From the NCBI GenBank assembly GCA_003599295.1, contig QZJK01000001.1, positions 88 to 64,087 of the forward strand: a DNA stretch of 64,000 nucleotides, in the 5' to 3' direction. Below are positions 47,584 through 57,111 of the stretch, one piece after another. Source of the stretch: Candidatus Parcubacteria bacterium (lineage in GTDB: Bacteria > Patescibacteriota > Minisyncoccia > Phycocordibacterales > UBA2100). The position numbers and the translations under genes are program-made. Under the pieces are notes generated by a model that saw only the letters and a list, made by a program, of their open reading frames with translations, had not been told where the DNA came from and searched no databases. Numbering within the stretch: the first letter of the stretch is position 1; the number at the start of each line of letters is the position of its first letter.

Positions 47584-47853
47584 TTATTTCTTGTCTTTCT
47601 TCGTCGTCTTCTTCGCGGCGCGGGTCTTGAACTTCTCGACGCGGCCCGCAGTGTCGATGGTCTTTGATGTGCCGGTGTAGAAAGGGTGCGATGCGCTCGA
47701 TATTTCAACCCGGAACACGGGGTACTCTTTGCCGTCGTCCCACTTGTCGGTTTTCGAGGCGGCGACCGTTGAGGAAATCAAAAAACGCTTGCCGGAGGTG
47801 GCATCTTCAAAAATGACGGGACGGTAGTCCTTCGGGTGTATATCCTTTTTCAT
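47584..47853 (-). CDS. rpmE: 50S ribosomal protein L31, type B (no zinc ligands)
   Basis: [36 protein letters not shown]. Confidence 0.95.
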   Translation of the reverse strand: MKKDIHPKDYRPVIFEDATSGKRFLISSTVAASKTDKWDDGKEYPVFRVEISSASHPFYTGTSKTIDTAGRVEKFKTRAAKKTTKKDKK

Positions 47854-47935
47854 TGTCCGCGTACTATACAAAAAATACGCTTAAAAGCAATTCCGTATTC
47901 GACAGGACGCCGACGAACAGTGAAGGCGAGGATGT

Positions 47936-48658
47936 TCAGTCCTCGCCCTCGTCGGCTAGCGCCAGAAGCATTGCCTCGAGCTTCCTTGCGACGACCTGAG
48001 GATCCGATTCCTCAAATCGCACGGGATGCCCGATCTTAATCCGTATCGGCAACCAGCCCCTCCTTTGGTCTTTGACCCATGGGTACGAGACCGAGATAGG
48101 AAGGACTGTCGGGCGAGCCGCTACTACTATTTCGCCCGTCCGCTTTCGAAGTGGTCGGAGCTCGTTATCTTTTGGGCTCCGAAGTCGTTCGTTCTCGGGA
48201 ATCCTCCATGTGCGCCCGCCCTCGGGGAACAGGATTATTCGCCCGCCAATGCGAAGGATCGCACCCATTCTGCGTAGCGCTCTATACGTTGCGTGAAGGA
48301 ACTGCCGGTTCGTTTCTCCTTCCGCACGTTTCCGAGGCACGGGTATATTCCGCGCGCCGCCTACCCAGAAGAACCATGCGAACTTCGTCTCCAGGTTCGT
48401 CCGGTCCGGTGTCGACCATGGCCCCCATTTGATCGGAGACCATATCCACTCCCGCACGAAGAGCGAGGGAATGAAGAACGGCTCGACAAGCGACGGGTGA
48501 TTGACCGCGATGAGGAGCGATGATTTCCAGCGCGGGATACGCTCTCCGTGAATGAGTTGCACCAGGCCTACTGCCCGCAGTAGGTGAAAGATGCCGGCGA
48601 TGATGGTTCCTGCAACGTAGGCGAGCGCGAACTGCGGCGCTTTATTCGACTTTTGCAT
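47936..48658 (-). CDS. Lysophospholipid/glycerol acyltransferase (PlsC family)
   Basis: IAVNHPSLVEP, ILFPEGGRT, VLPISV, IKIGHPV; SD GGGAGGG. Confidence 0.8.
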   Translation of the reverse strand: MQKSNKAPQFALAYVAGTIIAGIFHLLRAVGLVQLIHGERIPRWKSSLLIAVNHPSLVEPFFIPSLFVREWIWSPIKWGPWSTPDRTNLETKFAWFFWVGGARNIPVPRKRAEGETNRQFLHATYRALRRMGAILRIGGRIILFPEGGRTWRIPENERLRSPKDNELRPLRKRTGEIVVAARPTVLPISVSYPWVKDQRRGWLPIRIKIGHPVRFEESDPQVVARKLEAMLLALADEGED

Positions 48659-48729
48659 CGTGCCCTCCCTTTTGTGGCCAAAATGGCCCCGCGGCATCCT
48701 AGCAAACCCGCAGACGGCAAGCGAGCAGG

Positions 48730-50079
48730 TTATCTCCCTTCCAAAATATCAATGTCCTTTTGATACTGGTCGGCAAAGCTCATCACGTCATCCCCATAGA
48801 ACGCGTAGGCGGCCTTCCGTGCATTCGCCCAGCCAGCGAAGTAGCGGAGTGCCGCGAGGCGCTCCGCCGCACGCGTTCCCGCGTCCGCACCGTTATCGGC
48901 CATTAAGAGGGCCGAGGCGAAGATGGCGGTCCGCGCTGTCCACGGGTTCGGAGGATTCTCGCCGGAAATGCGCGCGATGCGGTCCTTATAAAGAACCCAC
49001 GTCGAGGGGATGAATTGCGCCGGCCCCATGGCGCCGCCCCAGCCGTACGAAGGTTTTTTCGATACCGGCATCGTGTCAGGATTCAGTCCGAGTTCTTCCA
49101 TGAGTTCCGCGAATACCGGCTGGTCGCGGGTCGGGTGCATGTCCGCTTTCCAGTTGCCAGTGCCAACGTTCTGGCCGAGGTTCGACTCTTCACGGAGTAT
49201 CCCGAGTATGACCGCGGGCCGGACTCCCGTCACGGCAGATGCTTCTTTCGCATATTGATACGCGATGCCAAAAGAGATGGCGGTCGAGTCGCGCAAACCG
49301 AACAAAGCCGAACGTATTTGCGCCGCCTGCTGCTCCCGCTCTGCTATGAGCGACTGATACGTCTTCTCTTCGCCCTTTGTCACCGTCAGTATCTGCTGCT
49401 TCTCTTTCTCCTTCTTCTCGATAGCTTGCCGTTCCAACACTTGAAGCCGCCGCAGCTGCTCTTCTTCGCTCTGCTTTCCCTCAAGCGCGACTTTTCGCGC
49501 CGACAGATCAACGCGAAGCGTGGCCATCTCGTCGAACGAAAGATCGAGCGCACGCTCGACACGCTCGAAATCATCGACATCGCGGAAAAAATCGGTGAGT
49601 GAACCGGAGAGGACGAGTTCGGTGAGCGAAGTGTCGTCTATTTCACGGGTGCGCCGGAGTATCTGTGCCAACGACGCGGCGCTTCGTCCGACCTTCTTAT
49701 CCAACTCTGCGATGGCGACCTGTTTGTTGCCGATGTCGTCGCGTATCTTCGAGAGAGTTATGTCGCGGTATTTTATTTGTTGTTGAGCGATACCTATCTG
49801 ATTGTCGAGAATGGCGATGTCACGCTCAAGCGTGGTGCGCTCTTTTTGCTTTTCGGATAGCACGCCTCTCTTCTGAATAATATCTTGCTCTATGACCGCG
49901 AGCTCCTGTTCAAGCCGCGCCCGCCGCTCTTCCACCGTCTCAGCCGCAGTGAAAAATGGCACCTGCAAAAAGGGTGTTGCCGCAAATATGAACAACAAAA
50001 AAAGCGTTTGCGCGCGTTTTCGCGTATGCATCGCGATAAGTATAGCAAACGCTCGCGCGCGCTTCGTATCCGTCCTCAC
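48730..50079 (-). CDS. Coiled-coil protein with a C-terminal lytic transglycosylase (MltB/SLT_2-like) domain
   Basis: N-terminal signal/TM, long coiled coil, GILREESNLG, GGAMGPAQFIPSTW, NPW. Confidence 0.85.
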   Translation of the reverse strand: MRTDTKRARAFAILIAMHTRKRAQTLFLLFIFAATPFLQVPFFTAAETVEERRARLEQELAVIEQDIIQKRGVLSEKQKERTTLERDIAILDNQIGIAQQQIKYRDITLSKIRDDIGNKQVAIAELDKKVGRSAASLAQILRRTREIDDTSLTELVLSGSLTDFFRDVDDFERVERALDLSFDEMATLRVDLSARKVALEGKQSEEEQLRRLQVLERQAIEKKEKEKQQILTVTKGEEKTYQSLIAEREQQAAQIRSALFGLRDSTAISFGIAYQYAKEASAVTGVRPAVILGILREESNLGQNVGTGNWKADMHPTRDQPVFAELMEELGLNPDTMPVSKKPSYGWGGAMGPAQFIPSTWVLYKDRIARISGENPPNPWTARTAIFASALLMADNGADAGTRAAERLAALRYFAGWANARKAAYAFYGDDVMSFADQYQKDIDILEGR

Positions 50080-50100
50080 ATACGTGAAGACGGCAAGAAA

Positions 50101-50757
50101 TTACTCCGCTTTCTTCTTCTCTTCTGCCGGGGCGGCCGCTTCCTCCTCTGCTTTCTTCTCTTCGCCTATGATGACGGTCTCCGGAGCGGGAATAACTTCG
50201 ACCACCTCTTCCTTGAACTCTTTGACTGAAGCGACTATTTCATCAGGGCTTGTGACAAGCGAGGCGCTTCCCGGAAGCTGTATGCGTGAGGCGGTAATGT
50301 GGTCTCCGATGTTCTCGAGTACTGAAAGGTCGACGGGGAGACTGTGCGGCAGGTCTTGCGGCGTCACCTCGATCTCCACTTCGTGCAAGGTCTTTACCAC
50401 AATGTGTCCGGCCTTTTCGGCGGGTGCCTGGCCTTCGAAAGTAAGCGGGACTTTTATCTGCACCTTCTTTCCCTTCTCGATGACATAGAAATCGGCGTGC
50501 TCAAGCTTGCCTGTCACTGGGTGGAACTGCACATCGTGAATGAGGGCGTCTTTTTCCTCACCAACGCCTGTAAGACGAATAACGGTCGTCTCACCCGCTT
50601 GCCGCCAGAGGCGTTCGAATTTCAAGGAGTCGATGGCGATAGGTGTTGTCTTTTCCTTCGGGCCGTAAAACACAGCAGGAACGACCCCTTGCTTCCGAAG
50701 GGTGTCTGCAGATTCTCCCGCTTCGCGCGGCTGTATTTCAAGCTGTATTGCGGACAT
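50101..50757 (-). CDS. rplY: 50S ribosomal protein L25/Ctc
   Basis: LRKQGVVPAVFYG, DVQFHPV...HADFY, VPLTFEG, second domain with an acidic tail. Confidence 0.93.
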   Translation of the reverse strand: MSAIQLEIQPREAGESADTLRKQGVVPAVFYGPKEKTTPIAIDSLKFERLWRQAGETTVIRLTGVGEEKDALIHDVQFHPVTGKLEHADFYVIEKGKKVQIKVPLTFEGQAPAEKAGHIVVKTLHEVEIEVTPQDLPHSLPVDLSVLENIGDHITASRIQLPGSASLVTSPDEIVASVKEFKEEVVEVIPAPETVIIGEEKKAEEEAAAPAEEKKKAE

Positions 50758-50879
50758 AAGAGTGCTCAATATACCGAAAGGCGAGGTAGAAGTCAAAATT
50801 AAAAAGACAGAATGAGCGCTCGGGATTTTCCCCGCCTCTCATACGTTATATCCCATACGTTATACGGTATACTTCTTTG

Positions 50880-51866
50880 ATGCGGTACGACTTTGTTTCT
50901 TTCGGCGACATTACGACCGACGCATTCATCAAGCTGAAAGATGCCCGGGTGAACTGTGATATCAACGACGAGAACTGCATGCTGTGCGTGAAGTTCGGCC
51001 AGAAAATACCCTTCGAATCGGTGACGGAAGTGCTCGCGGTCGGAAATGGACCGAACGCCGCAGTGTCTGCCCACCGTCTCGGTCTTTCGAGCGCCCCTGT
51101 TACGGATATAGGCGATGATAGGAACGGCACTGATTGCGTAGCGGCCTTAAAAGAAAGAGGAGTATCGACGGAATACGTGAGGGTGCATCCGGGAAAGAAG
51201 ACAAATTATCATTACGTTCTGCAGTACGAAGCGGAGCGTACCATTTTGGTAAAGCATGAAGAGTTCGACTACAAGATGCCGGCCTTTAGTGAACCGCCGA
51301 AGTGGTTTTATCTTACGTCGCTCCCCCTCCATTCAATCGATTACCAGCTTTCGATAGCAAAGTACGCGAAAGAGAATGGGGTAAAACTCGCATTCCAGCC
51401 GGGAACATTTCAATTGAAACTGGGGAAAGAAAAACTCGCGCCCGTGTACCAAGCGTCAGAGATATTCTTTTGCAACAAAGAGGAAGCACAGCAAGTTCTC
51501 GGGACCGACGAACACGACATAAAGAAGCTTCTGACCGGTGTCCGTGCGCTCGGCCCGAAGATAGTAGTCATCACAGATGGACCGAAGGGTTCTTCTATCA
51601 TGGATGAGAACGGGGCTTGGAGTGCACCCATGTACCCAGATCCCGCACCCCCGAAGAACCGTACCGGTGCCGGTGACGCGACTGCTTCGACGACCGTAGC
51701 CTATATTGAAAAAGGGCTCGAGCCTAAGAACGCGCTCCTTCGCGGTCTCGTGAATGCAGCTTCGGTAGTACAGGGAGTTGGCGCACAGACCGGTCTTTTA
51801 ACCGACACGCAGATAGAGGAATGGTTCGCCAAGCGGCCGCCGGAATTCAAGACAACGGCTATCTAG
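50880..51866 (+). CDS. PfkB-family carbohydrate kinase
   Basis: GNGPNAAV, IGDD..G, FCNKEEA, VITDGPKG, NRTGAGDA. Confidence 0.9.
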   Translation: MRYDFVSFGDITTDAFIKLKDARVNCDINDENCMLCVKFGQKIPFESVTEVLAVGNGPNAAVSAHRLGLSSAPVTDIGDDRNGTDCVAALKERGVSTEYVRVHPGKKTNYHYVLQYEAERTILVKHEEFDYKMPAFSEPPKWFYLTSLPLHSIDYQLSIAKYAKENGVKLAFQPGTFQLKLGKEKLAPVYQASEIFFCNKEEAQQVLGTDEHDIKKLLTGVRALGPKIVVITDGPKGSSIMDENGAWSAPMYPDPAPPKNRTGAGDATASTTVAYIEKGLEPKNALLRGLVNAASVVQGVGAQTGLLTDTQIEEWFAKRPPEFKTTAI

Positions 51867-52851
51867 TTTTCCTTCCGGCGGCTTTCTTTACGGCCGCGAT
51901 AATGTGGGAAACGCCCATGCCATAGTGCTCAATAAGTTCCTGCGGTGCGCCGGATTGGCCGAACTGGTCGTGTACGCCCACGAATTCCATCGGGGTCGGC
52001 GCCTCGCGCGCGAGAAATTCTGCGATGGCCCCTCCAAGGCCCCCCGCTACCTGATGCTCTTCGACGGTGACAACGGCCCCCGTTTCGCGTGCGCATGCGA
52101 GGACGGTCTCTTCATCAAGGGGTTTTATAGTGTGCACATTCACGACCGTGACCCCGAACTGTTCTTTCTCAAGTTCGCGCGCCGCGAGAAGCGCGTTATG
52201 CACCAAGGGGCCGGTTGCGAAGATGGCGACCTTCGGCTCGACGCTCTTCCACAACACATTCGCTTTCCCTATCGAAAATGGTGTTTCCGCCGTTGTCATG
52301 ATGGGCGTTTTTTCGCGCCCGAAGCGCATGTACACGGGTTTTCCTAATTTCGCCGCGGCGAGGGTCGCCTTCCTCCCCTCCTCGGAATCACACGGAGAAA
52401 TAACGGTGAAGCGCGGAAGTGCGCGCATGAGCGCAATATCCTCAAGCGCTTGGTGCGTCGCGCCGTCGGGTCCAACGGAAACTCCCGCATGCATGCCGCA
52501 GACAATGACGGGAACATTGTTTATCGCTATCGTCGTTCGTATCTGTTCCCAGTTCCTCCCCGGAGAAAATGTCGCGTAGGATGTTATGAAAGGGAGTTTA
52601 CCGTAATTGGCCATGCCCGCAGCGACCGTTGCCATGTTCTGCTCGGCAACGCCGACCTGAATGAACCGCTCCGGAAATGCCTTTTGGAAATGGTGCGCTT
52701 GCGTCGACTCGGCAAGGTCCGCGGAAAGAACGACTACGCGTACGTCTTCCTTTCCCGCCTCAACAGCGCCTTTACCGAACCCTTCGCGGGTCGAAGCCAT
52801 GTCCGGCTTTTCAAAAATATTCGAAGCGAGCTTTGCGTCGGGATTAATCAT
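51859..52851 (-). CDS. Transketolase, C-terminal subunit
   Basis: LSADLAES, VGVAEQNM, GPDGATHQ, HTIKPLD, VEEHQ..GGLG, DQFGQSG. Confidence 0.93.
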   Translation of the reverse strand: MINPDAKLASNIFEKPDMASTREGFGKGAVEAGKEDVRVVVLSADLAESTQAHHFQKAFPERFIQVGVAEQNMATVAAGMANYGKLPFITSYATFSPGRNWEQIRTTIAINNVPVIVCGMHAGVSVGPDGATHQALEDIALMRALPRFTVISPCDSEEGRKATLAAAKLGKPVYMRFGREKTPIMTTAETPFSIGKANVLWKSVEPKVAIFATGPLVHNALLAARELEKEQFGVTVVNVHTIKPLDEETVLACARETGAVVTVEEHQVAGGLGGAIAEFLAREAPTPMEFVGVHDQFGQSGAPQELIEHYGMGVSHIIAAVKKAAGRKTR

Positions 52852-53708
52852 ATTTGTGTTTCCTCGAGCTCTTTGAGGAACGTTTCCTTTTGTTTATCGG
52901 CGGGCACTTTATCCGTGGGGCCCTTCCCCGGCGGGTTTCCGTGCCAGCGGTAATCATTCTCTATGGAGGGAACGCCTTTGCCCGGCGTTGTGTGGGCAAG
53001 AATGAGCGTCGGTTTTTCTTTGATGGATTTCGCTTCGTCGCATGCGTCGATGAATTCAGTGATATTGTGCCCCCCGATCTCGATGACATGCCAATTGAAT
53101 GCCCGATACTTATCGGCAAGCGGTTCTAACGGCATCACGTCCTCCGTGTTGCCGTCTATCTGGATGTTATTCCTGTCCATGACAGCCGTTAGGTTCGTGA
53201 GCCGATATTTTCCGGCGAACATCGCACCCTCCCATGTATTCCCCTCTTCCTGTTCTCCGTCCGACATGAGGCAAAAAACGCGGAATGTTTTCTCATCCAT
53301 GCGCGCCGCATACGCGTACCCCGAGGCCTGCGAAAGACCACTTCCCAATGGCCCCGACGTCGTCTCGACACCGGGAAGCCGCTCGCGCTCGGGATGTCCC
53401 TGAAGGCGCGAGCCGAACTTACGCAAGGTGAGACATTCGGAGAGCGGAAAATACCCCGCGTGCGCCATCGCCGCGTAGCGAACTGGTGTGATGTGTCCAT
53501 TTGAAAGCATCAACCGGTCGCGCTCGTTCCAATCTGGATGTTTAGGGTCGTGCTTCAAGACATGAAAATAGAGCGCGGCGAAAATATCAGCCATTCCCAG
53601 GGGGCCCGCCGTGTGTCCGGATTTTGCCTCGGCGAGCATTTCAATTATCGTTCTTCGGATGGCCAAAGCTTTTTTTTCTATATCCTTTATCTGCTTGTCG
53701 GTGATCAT
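52848..53708 (-). CDS. Transketolase, N-terminal subunit (probable start 53708)
   Basis: SGH, RDRLMLSNGH, LQGHP, SGPLGSG, SDGEQEEG..WE TPP motif, TTPGKG. Confidence 0.93.
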   Translation of the reverse strand: MITDKQIKDIEKKALAIRRTIIEMLAEAKSGHTAGPLGMADIFAALYFHVLKHDPKHPDWNERDRLMLSNGHITPVRYAAMAHAGYFPLSECLTLRKFGSRLQGHPERERLPGVETTSGPLGSGLSQASGYAYAARMDEKTFRVFCLMSDGEQEEGNTWEGAMFAGKYRLTNLTAVMDRNNIQIDGNTEDVMPLEPLADKYRAFNWHVIEIGGHNITEFIDACDEAKSIKEKPTLILAHTTPGKGVPSIENDYRWHGNPPGKGPTDKVPADKQKETFLKELEETQI

Positions 53709-54139
53709 ACCCCCATGCTGATGAGATTGAGGCCGGTATCCTCGTCGCGTGCGCGAATTAAAGGCTGCGTCACATGCCAAAGGCAGAGCTCAAGAGTAAG
53801 TGCGACGCGAGCCCTTCGAAGATGCCCTCCTATGCACTCGAGCGATTCGTCGCAACGGGAAAGCACTGCATGCGCGTGTACGACAGGAAGCTCTTCAGCC
53901 ATCTCTGCTATGTTCCCATCCATGCTGGCGACCTCAAAAGGTCCTTCCTCTACCCGAAAAACATACTGCCGGGTCTCAAGGTCGTAGTACCCGATCTCAA
54001 CATCTTCGACTGCGCCGATGGCTTGGAACTGCGCCCAGTGAACTTCATTCTCCTCGCAAAAACGAGTCAGGGTCTCCATAAAATCCTCACCGCGGGAAAA
54101 CACGAGAAAGAAGCCGTTGTGTATCTGCACCGCCTCCAT
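53705..54139 (-). CDS. PPC-domain (DUF296) protein
   Basis: RGED, AIGAV, FEVASMDGNI, HAHAVL, GGHL. Confidence 0.85.
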   Translation of the reverse strand: MEAVQIHNGFFLVFSRGEDFMETLTRFCEENEVHWAQFQAIGAVEDVEIGYYDLETRQYVFRVEEGPFEVASMDGNIAEMAEELPVVHAHAVLSRCDESLECIGGHLRRARVALTLELCLWHVTQPLIRARDEDTGLNLISMGV

Positions 54140-54144
54140 GCCGC

Positions 54145-54837
54145 CTATTGTAGCGCATTTTCCGCAGCGACTTTCAGCGCTTGATACGCCGCTTTGGGGT
54201 CCTCTGCCTTAGAGATCGCAGAACCGACGCCGAATCGTGAAGCGCCCGCGCGCGCAAGGTCTGCGATGTTCTCTAGGCTGACTCCCCCGTCGATCGCTAT
54301 TAGGAGTTCCGGATGATCGTTGCGTAAGGTTTTTATTCGCTCGAGAATACCAGGTTCGTACGATGCGCCCTGTTTCCCTATCGTCGCGATGGACATCATA
54401 AGCACGACATCACATTCAGACACGGCCTTCTCTATTTTTTCAAGCGGTGTATGAAAAAGAATAGCCAAGCCTGCTTCCGCTCCACGCTTCCGCCACGCTT
54501 CTAGCGCACCACGCGCAGAATCCGTGCCGGTGAACGCTTCAATGTGTCCCATAATTCGTCTAGCGCCCGCACCGATAAGAAGTTCGCCTGTCTCTTGTGG
54601 TTCCTCGATCATGAGATGCGCTTCGTAGAGCACGCGCTCAGAGAGCGGCAGTTGCTTTGTGATTAACTCATCCCATTGTCCGCTCTGGTACGGCCATGAA
54701 ATTACGGGGGAGAATTTCCCGTCGCTCACATCAAGCTGGATGTGCGGCGCGAATGAAGCGAATGCGGAAGAGCGTCGTGCAAGCTCCTCAAAATCCGGAG
54801 GGCATGTATTCGTCGGAATTACCTCAATTGACCTCAT
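54145..54837 (-). CDS. rpe: Ribulose-phosphate 3-epimerase
   Basis: HIQLDVSDGKF, EAHLM, VLMMSI...GKQG, IAIDGGV, VGSAI. Confidence 0.88.
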   Translation of the reverse strand: MRSIEVIPTNTCPPDFEELARRSSAFASFAPHIQLDVSDGKFSPVISWPYQSGQWDELITKQLPLSERVLYEAHLMIEEPQETGELLIGAGARRIMGHIEAFTGTDSARGALEAWRKRGAEAGLAILFHTPLEKIEKAVSECDVVLMMSIATIGKQGASYEPGILERIKTLRNDHPELLIAIDGGVSLENIADLARAGASRFGVGSAISKAEDPKAAYQALKVAAENALQ

Positions 54838-55318
54838 CTATTTGTTTGACGCGCCGCGCATGGCGTTCTTCGCCGGTATGTGGAAGCACTAGCCAATCTT
54901 TTACTGCTTCTTTCGCCTCGTCGAGTGAAAGGAAGCGCAGACCGAGGCTCAATGCATTTGCATTGTTGTGCTCGCGTGATGAAGCAAGCATGTCGAGCTT
55001 TTTTCCGCTCATGTCGGTCTGCTCGCGAAGCGCCTTCCCGTAATACACCGCGCAACGAACGCCTTTGAAGCGGTTCGCGACCATCGCTTCACCTTGACCC
55101 GAAGCGCCTGCGATTATCGCACGGTTGTCGCGTCCCGCGAGAGAATCTTTGGATAATTTCAACGCGGCGCTCGCGATTATCGCGGGATAATCGTCGTTTG
55201 CGTCATACGTGGTAGCTCCGCAATCTTCTACTTCGTATTTGAGTTCATCTCGAACGAATGCGAGTAATTGATTCTTTATTTCGAACCCGCCGTGATCCGC
55301 CGCGAAATACACGCGCAT
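54824..55318 (-). CDS. rpiB: Ribose-5-phosphate isomerase B
   Basis: AADHGG, DDYP, SGQGEAMVANR, SREHNNANALSLG, ERHARRV. Confidence 0.92.
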   Translation of the reverse strand: MRVYFAADHGGFEIKNQLLAFVRDELKYEVEDCGATTYDANDDYPAIIASAALKLSKDSLAGRDNRAIIAGASGQGEAMVANRFKGVRCAVYYGKALREQTDMSGKKLDMLASSREHNNANALSLGLRFLSLDEAKEAVKDWLVLPHTGEERHARRVKQIDEVN

Positions 55319-55320
55319 GG

Positions 55321-56331
55321 TTATTTGAGTCGCTTCCCTACCTCAAGAACGTGGAGGATGAGTGTGTGCACGTATCCCATTTCATTGTCGTACCACGCGA
55401 GAACTTTGACGAGCGTGCCGTCTACGACCCGAGTCATCTGGAGGTCCGCAATAGCGCCATAAGGAAGCCCCAGAATGTCGGATGATACGAGCGGTTCTTC
55501 GGAAACCGCGAACACGCGCTTCCATCGCTCGCTTGCCGCCGCCGCTTTGAGCGCACCGTTCACCTCTTCGACGGTCGTCGGCTTTTTCGAAACGAATGTG
55601 ATGTCTGCGATAGAACCTGCTGCAACGGGAACGCGAACTGAAATACCGTCGAATTTTCCTTTGAGCGACGGGTGGGCAAGCGCAGTCGCCTTTGCGGCAC
55701 CCGTTGACGAGGGCCCCAGGTTTGCTGCTCCCGCGCGTCCGCGGCGGAAATCGTCCGGCGCCGGACCGTCCACGATGGACTGTGTTGCCGTGTACGCGTG
55801 CGTCGTGTTCAGGATCGCGCGCTCGATGCCGATTGCCTCATTTAAAACGCCGACGATGGGCGAGCAGGCGTTCGTCGTGCAGGAAGCGTTCGAGGTGATG
55901 GCGCCCGCGCTCTCGAACAGTTCCTCGTTCGCACCGATGAGTATCGTCTCGACGCCGTCGCCTTTTGCGGGAGCCGTAATGACGACGTGTTTCGCACCGG
56001 CATCGATGTGCGGCTGGGCTTTTTCTTTCGATGTGAAAATGCCTGTTGATTCAACGACGACGTCCACATTCATGTCTTTCCACGGAAGCTTCGCGGGTTC
56101 CCGCTCCGAAAGCACGGGAATGGTTACCCCGTCGACGATAAGTGCCGCACCCTTTGCTTCAACCGAAAATGGCGCACGGCCGTACACGGTGTCGTACTTC
56201 AAAAGGTACGCGAGATTTTCGGGGCTCGTGAGGTCATTGACCGCGACGACTTCAATATCTTTGTTGGCATGGGACGCCCGCATAAACGCGCGGCCAATTC
56301 TTCCGAATCCATTTATCGCCACTCGCACCAT
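55321..56331 (-). CDS. gap: Glyceraldehyde-3-phosphate dehydrogenase, type I
   Basis: INGFGRIGR, VESTG, SNASCTTN, HAYTATQ, STGAAKA, RVPV, AWYDNE. Confidence 0.97.
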   Translation of the reverse strand: MVRVAINGFGRIGRAFMRASHANKDIEVVAVNDLTSPENLAYLLKYDTVYGRAPFSVEAKGAALIVDGVTIPVLSEREPAKLPWKDMNVDVVVESTGIFTSKEKAQPHIDAGAKHVVITAPAKGDGVETILIGANEELFESAGAITSNASCTTNACSPIVGVLNEAIGIERAILNTTHAYTATQSIVDGPAPDDFRRGRAGAANLGPSSTGAAKATALAHPSLKGKFDGISVRVPVAAGSIADITFVSKKPTTVEEVNGALKAAAASERWKRVFAVSEEPLVSSDILGLPYGAIADLQMTRVVDGTLVKVLAWYDNEMGYVHTLILHVLEVGKRLK

Positions 56332-56380
56332 CCAACTGTTATACCATTTTCACTGCGCTTGAGTGCGTCCGTATCTGTTA

Positions 56381-56409
56381 ATATGATTGACATCGTAAGT
56401 CAATCATAT
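56381..56409. repeat. REP-like palindrome, copy 1 (overlaps the transposase start codon)
   Basis: atatgattgac-atcgtaa-gtcaatcatat. Confidence 0.85.
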
Positions 56410-57085
56410 GGAAGAGCTTTACCATTGCCTTAACCGCGGGGTCGACAAGCGAACGATCTTCACCGACAACAGGGACCGTGCTCGCTTCGTGCACGATCTC
56501 TATGAATTCAACGATGATAGACCAGCGTTCAACGCGGGGCGAGGGTTCAGCGGCAAGCCAGACCCCATGATTGACTTCGTAAGTCAATCATCGGAGCGGG
56601 GGGTGGCACTTGTCGACATACATGCGTGGTGTCTCATGGGAAATCACTACCATCTCTTACTTTCTGAAGCGAAAGAGGGCGGCGTTTCTCTCTTCCTTCG
56701 AAAGCTGAACGTTGGATATGCACGATATTTCAACGACAGACATCGGCGCCAAGGCACACTATTCCAGGGGCGAACAAAGAAGATCCATATCAGTTCCGAC
56801 GCGCATTTTCTCCACATACTGCACTATATTCATCTCAACCCGCTTGATTTTCTCAAGGGCTCTGAAGACTGGCGCTCGTTACGCGTCAAAAGCGCAAAAC
56901 AGGCCCTTAGCCATTTGATGCAATATCGTTGGAGCAGTTATCTTGATTACTGCGGCAGAAAAAATTTTCCTTCCATTCTGACGACCGGACTTTTCCGCGA
57001 TGTGTTCGGAAATTACGGAAGTGTCCTTTCCTCATACCTCAAGGATATTGAGCTTTCCGATGTCAAACCGTACCTGCTGGAATGA
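56408..57085 (+). mobile_element. HUH/Y1 tyrosine transposase, REP-associated (RAYT / IS200-like)
   Basis: YHCLNRGVDKRTIF, AWCLMGNHYHLLL (HUH), YARYFN..H.R.G.LFQGR, YIHLNP (catalytic Tyr), YRWSSY. Confidence 0.9.
56567..56591. repeat. REP-like palindrome, copy 2 (in frame inside the transposase; MIDFVSQS)
   Basis: atgattgactt-cgt-aagtcaatcat. Confidence 0.85.
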
Positions 57086-57109
57086 TTGACTTACGAAGTC
57101 AATCATTCC
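57079..57109. repeat. REP-like palindrome, copy 3 (inverted; supplies the transposase stop codon)
   Basis: ggaatgattgactt-acg-aagtcaatcattcc; its core is the exact reverse complement of copy 2. Confidence 0.85.
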
Positions 57110-57111
57110 CG

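Noticed and set aside
56408-57085. Classic IS200/IS605 element with tnpB
   Set aside because: No tnpB is present; the protein is longer than IS200 TnpA and has RAYT-type YIHLNP and WSSY motifs.
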